A stretch of 60,611 nucleotides of DNA, the filler included, from an uncultured virus (IMG/VR IMGVR_UViG_2061766007_003579) (lineage: Duplodnaviria; Heunggongvirae; Uroviricota; Caudoviricetes). It is 3 parts of one record of this genome, joined end to end, with 100 filler letters (N's around TTAATTAATTAA, not from the genome) between each part and the next. Parts side by side here need not be neighbours in the genome. Positions count along the whole stretch, not along the records: positions 47,614 to 60,611 come from IMGVR_UViG_2061766007_003579; 2 more parts are not named here. One strand, given 5' to 3'. A program made the translations under genes and the position numbers. The first letter of the stretch is position 1. Every line of letters begins with the position of its first letter. This document shows positions 52,138 to 60,611 of this stretch, piece by piece. Below the pieces are notes generated by a model. That model did no database searches. It saw only the letters and a list, made by a program, of their open reading frames with translations, and had not been told where the DNA came from.

Positions 52138-55100
52138 ATGGCAACCGCAAAGGTCATCATCGCAGGCCAGAACAACATCGGACCTGCGGTAAAGTCCGCA
52201 CAGGGCGACATCACATCACTATCAAATGCCGCCCAGAAGGCGGGCGACGTGCTGAAGAAGGCCTTCACGGTCACCGCCATCGTGGCTGCACTGAAGAAGC
52301 TGGGTGACAGCTGCGCGGAGTGCTTCAGCGCATTCTGGGAGGCCGAGCGCAAGTACAAGCAGCTTCAGATCGCATTGGGGGACACCTCGGCCTACAATCA
52401 GGTCACCGCAACAATAAGGAAGCTTTCCAAACAAACCCTGTCATCAAAGGATGATGTGGAGTCTATGGTCTCCGAGCTAGCCGCTCTGGGTAAGAATGCC
52501 GACGACATAGACAGAATCTCATCTGCTGCAGTGTATCTCTCCAACGTCACCGGCAAGGATCTCAACTCATCGATGACGACACTGCTAGGCACCTTCAACG
52601 GCACCACCACACAGCTCAGGAAACTCGGCATCGACGTGTCAGACCTGACAAAGGAGGAGCTTGAGCAAGGTGCGGCTGTTGACAGGGTCATCTCATCGCT
52701 CAAGACCTATTCCGAGCAGCTTGCCGAGATCGACACCCGCCAGCACCTGACGAACATCAGAAACTCATGGGGAGACATCAGACAGTCTGTGGGAGATCTG
52801 GTCAACTTCTCCTTTGCTCCCATGATCGCCAGGTTCGACAATGCGCTTGCTTCCATGAGGGACAGGTTCAGCACTTTCGTCCAGAATGTGAAGATAGTGT
52901 TCTCCAATTTCCCGGAGTTCATATCCAAGCTGGGCGAGACCATAAGCTCCATGCTCGGACATTTCTTCAACTACGACAACATCAAGAACGTCTTCTCGTT
53001 TCTTGAGGACTATATCATCACAAAAGCCAAGAACACTCTTACAAACATCGCCAACATGGTGGACCTCGTGGTGAACGCCATCCCGGACACCATCAAGACT
53101 GCGGCGGACGGAATCTTCAACTATCTGATGTACCTTCTGACCAATTACTGTGACGAGGTCGGAATCGACATCAGCGGTATTGTGAACTCGATCGGCAAGT
53201 GGCTCACGGATTCCAAGGTCGGTCAGGTAATAGACAAGATAATCAGCACAGCTGTCAATGGAATCCGCCTTGTCGGAGGCCTTATCCGCAACGTCCCGGA
53301 CATGATCCGTCTTGTTGCGGACAACATAAGACCGATACTCTCAAATCTCTGGACATCCATCAAAAACGGTTTTATATCTGCAATTCAAGCCATCGTTGAG
53401 AAGACCTATGAGCTTCTGGACAGGATCAACTTTCCGCAGATGATCGAGAACATCCGCGTGGCTGTGACCAACTTCTTCGGTCGTATCGGCGCATGGTTCA
53501 AGTCCGTGGGGCTGACTGCGAAAGACACCTTCCGATACATAGGCGACATCCTTTCGGCTACCTTCAGTTGGAACTCGATCAAGACCATCTTCACCACGGT
53601 ATTCAAGAACATCGGAGTTCTCGCTTCAACCGTCATTAAGGAGATCTTCGTTAACATCCCCTCGATGATAGGCTCCCTTTTCACTGGAATAATTCAGTGG
53701 ATCGGCTATGTTGCCGTGCATCTGAAGAACAGTGTCCTGCAGTCCATTCAGGATGTGATCCAGAGCGCAGGTGAAAAGCTTCAGGGCTCATGGGTCGGAA
53801 AGCTGTTTGGAGTCGGCGGAAGACTTGCCACAATCGATCTTGGAATCGACAGGACAGCTGAGGAGAACCTCAAGGCCAAGGCCGACGAGTCGTTTGCAAG
53901 CATTGGAACCGGGTTCTCAAAGGCCATCACTGATGCCATAGATGCCGCAGCCACCATTAAGGAGAACAACAAGGCCATAACAGATCTCTATGACGGGATC
54001 GAGTCCATAAATGTGGCATCTCCCGATTATCAGGAGATCACAGCTCAGGTAAAGGAATCCGGCGCGTTCGTTGAGAAGCTGTGGGATATCAGCCAGAGCC
54101 TGAAAGATAAAATCGTTGACAATTCCGAGGCGTGGCAGGACATCGGAGATCAGTTCTCGGACCTTCTGAACCCCGTCTTCGAGAAGTTCGTGACGGACAA
54201 CAGCACCACAATCGGAGAGACCCTTGCCACATGGACTGCCAAAAGCTCGGATGAATACTACGAGGCAGCAAAGACATCGTTCTCCTCGATAGGCTCGTTC
54301 CTGGCTGATTGGGGGAAGCAGACCTTCGGAGATCTCAAGGACGGCTGGAGTGAGCAGTGGGAGAAGATCTCATCCGCGTTCTCAAATGTGTTCGGTGATG
54401 ATGTCTCAGACTTCGTCACATGGTTTCAGGGTTTCCTGTCAGACCATGCGGATGACCTTTCCACATCTATCGTTCCTGTGATTGATGCCGTGGAGGATGT
54501 CGAGGATGCGGTGGACAAAGCATCAAAGACCTTCCTGCAGAAGCTTGGCGACAAAATCGGATCATGGGCTGCAAAGATCACAGGCTCTTCCTCCGAGCAA
54601 GGCTCAGCCTTCGGTGGTTCGGTGATCTCGTCCATGACATCCAGCCTGGGTCAGGCCGGAGAAGTCGCAGGCAAGCTCGCCCAGAACATGGCCACGATGG
54701 GACCGCTCCTCGGAGCCATAGCCACTGCACTTGAGTATGTGTTTCAGGGTCTGTCGGAGACCCTCGGCCCGATGCTGAATGAGTTCGTCTCATACGGCAT
54801 AGAGCCTCTGAAGGAACTGGGACGTGTCATCGGAGACATCCTGCTTCCCACTTTGGAGGATGTGATGCCTTTAGTGAAAGGTGTCGCTGACTTTCTTATG
54901 GGGCTGTTCCGGGCTGTAGGAGTCGTACTGAAGCCGATAATCCAGGTCATAAGCTCATCCCTCACACCTGTGATGAACGTGATAGCAAATATACTCCAGG
55001 CTCTTTCACCTGTGCTGAAGGTCTTCGCCAAAGTCTTCGTGACGGTCACCGGAACCATCCAGTACGTCATTCAGACACTCCAGCACTGGGTGGCGACACT

Positions 55101-55400
55101 CATGAACTGGCTGGCGGGACTGGATCTGTTCGGATGGCAGCCTTTCGCCGGGTTGAGGATGAACGATCCCGGAAGCCCCGGAAGCTACAGCGCATACATC
55201 AAGGGCAAGTGGAGCGACATCGATTCTGCCTTCGAGCAGACCTCGACTGGCACTACATCCACGGCGACCGCGGTCTCATCCGCAGGTTATCAGGGTGCCA
55301 CACATGTGACCATCAACATCTATCAGGAGGCCCCAGTTGTGGGAGACGGCGGCATGAGGCAGTTCGCCCGCATGATCCGCTCCGAATGGGAGAACCTCGA
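52138..55400 (+). CDS. tape measure protein (about 1090 aa, stop in a gap)
   Basis: Long amphipathic helical ORF after the chaperone; MATAKVIIAGQNN start. Confidence 0.92.
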
Positions 55401-55410
55401 NNNNNNNNNN

Positions 55411-58400
55411 AAGGACCGCAAGGAGATAAAGGCGATAAGGGAGACACCGGAGACACTGGTCCGCGCGGACCTCAAGGCGAGACCGGAGCAACTGGAGCCA
55501 CTGGCCCTCAAGGCCCTCAGGGCAATCCGGGATCCAATGGAACCTCAGTATCTATTTCCTCGACATCGGTCACATATCAGGTTTCAACTTCGGGAACAGC
55601 AGTCCCGACAGGAACATGGCAGGCATCTGTGCCGTCTGTTACCAAGGGTCAGTTTCTCTGGACAAGGACAATAGTCAGCTATTCTCCTTCAGGATCAACA
55701 ACCTCATATGCCGTGTCATATGCGGGCAAAGATGGCACGAACGGGACTAACGGAACAAACGGAACCTCATATTACACGCACATTAGGTACAGCGCATATG
55801 CCGACGGAACGGATTTCTCGACAACTCCTGATGCTTTCATGGGAGTGTACACAGGAACCTCAAGCTCTGCTCCGACTTCCAAGACATCTTACACGTGGTC
55901 TAGAATTCTTGGCCAAAGAGGGGAGACCGTTACCTCATCCTCGGCCTTGGAGTTCTGTCTCCTTAACGATGGAACCAGTCCGTCACAAAACACCGAATGG
56001 TCGTCATCTCTTCCTGAGGGCTGGTTTCTCGGCAAGAAATACTGGTCAAGAGAGAAGCTGATACTGTCTTTTGAGGATGGCTCAACTGAAGTCAGATATG
56101 GATCAGTGGCACCAGCTGCAGATACAAACATTGCATTGGAATCCTCTGTGCGTTTTGAGGCTTCGGTAAGTCCGTTCACTTACGACAGAGACCTAAGGAC
56201 AGTCAACCCGACACCCAGCATAGTGAACCTGGCTGCGGAGGCAAGCGGATTCGAAAGCCCTCTGTTCACCTGGTATAGGAATGGCATTGCTCTGTCTGCT
56301 GGAGTCACAACTGATTCCATTCCCGCAAATACTGATCAGCTGTCAGTCACTTACACATGTAAGCTGAGTTACATAAACGGTGGTGCGGGACGTACAGAGT
56401 ATTATGATGTCAAGGCTTTCGTTCTTAAGGCTGTAGATCTTGCGGTAACACCACAGAACATTCACCCGTCAGGACAGGAATTCTTTGATCATCCGTCAGA
56501 TCTTCCTTCTTCCCCGTATAACGGGATAAGGCTCATAGATGGTGATTATACTGTCGTGAAATACGGAGACACTGGAGCTGCGTCTGTTGTTGCTCCCATA
56601 CCGTACAAGTATCAGAACGGCTCATGGGTGGAAGCCAATGAGGATGAATACATACTCAAGACCATGCGCGTCGGCCTTTCATTGGCTGGTGCCACAGGAA
56701 ACCTTTATGCCTACAATGCATTCTTCGAGACGCTGAAAGCTGTTTCAGGTATCTTCGACAATATAAGGGCCAACAACGCTCAGTTCACCAATACTGAGAC
56801 CCAGAGCCTGAATGCGGATGTCCTGAAGACACGTAATCAGGGAATTGACGCTAGCACCAGAACCGCAAGGCTGGGGACGTCAAAGTATTTCAGGATGGTT
56901 GATGCGCTGTCATCCATTTCCATCAGTTCAGACACTAAGGCTACACTTTCCTCCACTGGATCTGTCAACCTGCAGTCACAGAACCGAGTGAGCATCGTTT
57001 ACACTGGCATATCCAAGGTCTTCAGGAGAACGATGACAGAATCGGGGCTGTGGAGACAGGATGAGGCCTATTCTGTAATGAATTCAAAGGTCTCCTCCAA
57101 TAACACGATAACTGCAGTATCCGGGAACTACAAGAACACGGCGTATTCTGCTGTCATCAAGGTTCCGAATAACACCGCATCAGCAGGAAGTGTCACACTC
57201 GCTTACAAGCAGCAGTGGACAGCACCGTTTCCCACACATCTAACGGTCTCCAGCGGACGTGTCTCAAACGCTAATCCGTCCAAAGGCTCAACAGTCACAG
57301 CCAGAGCTGTAACCAGCTCTACGCAGATAACCACAGGGTATTCAAGAAGTTTTGAAGGCATTGCATGCAACGGTAGCAGATGGATTGCAACAGGTAAAGA
57401 GTTGGGAACATACCTGTCAAACGACAGCGGNNNNNNNNNNNNNNNNNNNNNNNNNNNNNNNNNNNNNNNNNNNNNNNNNNNNNNNNNNNNNNNNNNNNNN
57501 NNNNNNNNNNNNNNNNNNNNNNNNNNNNNNNNNNNNNNNNNNNNNNNNNNNNNNNNNNNNNNNNNNNNNNNNNNNNNNNNNNNNNNNNNNATGGTTTGTA
57601 ATTGGTGAGACAGGACAAGGTGGAGACCCAAGCCACGTCTATATATCCTCTGATGCAGTGACATGGACAAGGATTTATCCATTTGGCACATCATACACAG
57701 GCCACGTGGCAAGAGGTGTGGCATACGGTAACGGCAAGTGGATGATTGCCGAGACCGATGGCGGTATAGCCGTATCAACTAACGGAACTACTTGGAGCGC
57801 NNNNNNNNNNACAAACATGGGCAAAACAAACTAACCCCGGGTTTGATCCAACATCTATATATGGCCAAGGAGGTTCAGACGTATGTTATGCGAATGGCAA
57901 GTGGGTCATAGTTGGTTATAAGTATGGCGGATATTCCACGGACGGAGTCAATTGGACACGTATCGCCGCTTTATCTGATTTCGGCAATCAGAGCCCGATG
58001 ATCTGGTATCTCAACGGAAAGTGGTTTGTAATAGGCCAAACAGGACTAGGTGGTGATCCAAGCCGAATCTACACATCCTCTGATGCAGTGACATGGACAA
58101 GGATTTATCCCTTTGGCTCATCTTACACAGGCCACGAGGCCAGAGGTGTGGCATACGGTAACGGAAAGTGGATGATTGCTGAGACCGATGGCGGTATAGC
58201 CGTATCAACTAACGGAACTACTTGGAGCGCTGGAACATCCTATAATCTCACTGGCAATCTCATGTTCAATGGACTATCGTTCTATGACGGATATTTCATT
58301 GTAACCGCCGATTACCGCAGTCAGAAATCAGCAGACGGGAGTTCTTGGACAAGTTGCAATGGCAATTTTGGGGTGAATGTCGTTGTTAACGGCATCTGCG

Positions 58401-58737
58401 TATCAGCGACATATGGAAGTTCGATTGTCGCGAGAACTTCCATAACGGACTCCGCAGATACGGTGGCCTCATCTTCATGCTATGAACTGACAGTCAACGG
58501 CAATGAGGTTGTCGCTGTAGTTGGGCTTTCTTGTTACAGGATATCCTTTCCGAATGCGGTTTTCTCATACGACTATTCAAAGTTCCAGAACGGAATAAAT
58601 ATCCTGGACAGCAACTACAGGAGCCTTGCAGTCATCTCCAATGACACATCGTGGGTATCTTCCATCTTCACGGCAACGCTGAATGATACACAGTTCCTGA
58701 ACCTACCGGCAGACATTCCATCTTCAATGGAGAACAC
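55411..58737 (+). CDS. tail fibre central region and beta-propeller (allele fragments)
   Basis: Homologous to 37145-41091; collagen end at 55411-55530. Confidence 0.85.
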
Positions 58738-58747
58738 NNNNNNNNNN

Positions 58748-60611
58748 ATAAGGTCACCACAGCCCTTATCGGCGTCTACGGGGACACTGGATCCAAGGNN
58801 NNNNNNNNTGTCTACAGATATGCCGTGACCCCGACCCAGAGCGAACCTTCATCCGTGACATCGCCCACAATCCCGATTCTCTCTTCAACCGACAAGTATC
58901 TGTGGCAGAAGGAGACCATCACCTATTCCGATGGAACGACTAAGGTCACCACAGCCCTTATCGGCGTCTACGGGGACACTGGATCCAAGGGAGATAAGGG
59001 CGATACAGGAGCACAGGGGCCTCAGGGCGAGAAAGGAGATACAGGTTCCACCGGTCCGCAGGGACCTCAAGGCGATAAAGGTGACAAGGGCGANNNNNNN
59101 NNNTCTGATCGGTGTCTATGGGGACACTGGGTCCAAAGGCGATAAGGGCGATACCGGTGCACAGGGACCTCAGGGCGAGAAAGGAGATACCGGTTCCACT
59201 GGTCCGCAGGGACCTCAAGGCGATAAAGGTGACAAGGGCGACACTGGAGCCCAAGGTCCCCAAGGAGAAAAGGGAGACACAGGCTCGACTGGTCCTCAAG
59301 GTCCACAAGGTGAGAAAGGTGATACTGGAGCTCAAGGGCCTCAAGGTGAGAAAGGCGACAAAGGTAATACCGGTGCCACAGGGCCTCAGGGTCCGCAGGG
59401 CGAGAAAGGAGATACCGGCTCCCAAGGCCCCAAAGGGGATAAGGGTGATACCGGGTCAACCGGCCCTCAAGGGGAGAAAGGTGACACAGGAGCAACCGGT
59501 CCGCAGGGGCCTCAGGGGGATAAGGGAGACAAAGGTGATACAGGTTCCCAAGGCCCGCAAGGAGACAAAGGCGATAAGGGTGACACCGGCGCGACCGGAA
59601 ACGGAATCTCCTCGATAACCTATACCTATGCCACCTCTCAGACTCCAACTGGAGCCAAGACCTCATATTCCTCGTCTTTGTTCTCTCTGACAGCCACCAA
59701 CAAGTACGGCTGGNNNNNNNNNNACATATTCCTCGTCTTTGTTCTCTCTGACGGCCACCAACAAGTACGGCTGGNNNNNNNNNNNNNNNNNNNNNNTCCA
59801 AAAGGAGACAAGGGAGATACAGGTGATACCGGCCCGCAAGGACCACAGGGTCCTCAGGGAAACAAGGGAGACACCGGAAGCACGGGACCTCAAGGCCCTC
59901 AGGGTCCTCAGGGACCGCAAGGGAAAACAGGTACGACANNNNNNNNNNTAATACCGGACCGCAAGGACCACAGGGTCCTCAGGGAAACAAGGGAGACAAA
60001 GGAGACACCGGAAGCACGGGATCTCAAGGCCCTCAGGGTCCTCAGGGACCGCAGGGGAAAACAGGTACGACANNNNNNNNNNTTACACTGGAAGCAGCGT
60101 CAATCTCAGCTGGACGAAGAAAACTGCCCCGGACGGGATATCCGTTTCATGCACTCTGACGAGCATNNNNNNNNNNGTCTCTGATCAATATGCTCTGAAA
60201 TTCACCGGTCAGACTCCGGTCGATGCAGACTTCTCCGACGAAAGGCCAAGCGGATGGTATGTCGGCTGTGTCTACTGGCAGAGATTCAAATATGTGGACG
60301 GAGACGGAAACATCACGTACTCTCAGCCTTCAGTCGATGACAGTCTCGATGACCTGATGGCTGCTTCCGTATCCTTCGGAATATCTGCCTCGCTACAGTC
60401 ATATGAAAGGGATCTCAGGTCCTCCGATCCTGTGGAGATAACCATTCAGGCGTTTTCTTACAGGTATCTCAATCCTTCATTCTCATGGACCATCAACGGT
60501 ACGGCNNNNNNNNNNAAATGGTACGGCTTACACTGGAAGCACCGTCAATCTCAGCTGGACTAAGAAAACTGCCCCGGACGGGATATCCGTTTCATGCACT
60601 CTGACGAGCAT
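58748..60611 (+). CDS. tail fibre fragments with long collagen-like repeats and a divergent post-collagen domain
   Basis: [14 protein letters not shown]; Gly-X-Y runs at about 58970-59600 and 59797-60072; YERDLRS domain. Confidence 0.75.

Noticed and set aside
57591..58230. Near-duplicate fibre segments as a DGR template/variable repeat pair
   Set aside because: Differences are not adenine-specific, include synonymous changes, the copies are gap-separated, and no reverse transcriptase is present.

Overview
The window holds a temperate HK97-type siphophage/prophage, but it is not one contiguous genome. Two artificial N44-TTAATTAATTAA-N44 linkers (about 23.3 kb and 47.6 kb) join three scaffolds, and many short N-gaps splice together overlapping alleles of several closely related phage variants. 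Gene order across gaps is therefore unreliable. Bases 2.9-23.2 kb read as a nearly clean module order: primase-helicase, VRR-NUC, late activator, HNH/cos/TerS, phage SAM synthetase plus ParB-methyltransferase, a four-gene membrane cluster, TerL, portal, ClpP protease, capsid, neck, tail tube, and a frameshifting tail chaperone. The remainder is multi-allelic tape-measure, tail-tube and giant collagen/beta-propeller tail-fibre fragments, a tandem large serine recombinase cassette, and accessory cargo (SseB-like/macrodomain fusion plus an unknown partner; a WYL regulator plus a divergent operon). The best candidate for new biology is a holin-like plus overlapping i-/o-spanin-like cluster with no endolysin visible anywhere in the window, in a phage whose head genes look Clostridia-type. 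This suggests endolysin-independent lysis of a diderm, possibly wall-deficient host, but that is inference. Other notable signals are five accessory genes with leaderless sigma70 architecture, two shared phage promoter motifs, an antisense structured RNA before the tape-measure gene, an atypical macrodomain operon, and loop-restricted variation of the fibre propeller. No reverse transcriptase, CRISPR array, tRNA or rRNA was seen. All product calls come from motif recognition by eye, not database searches.
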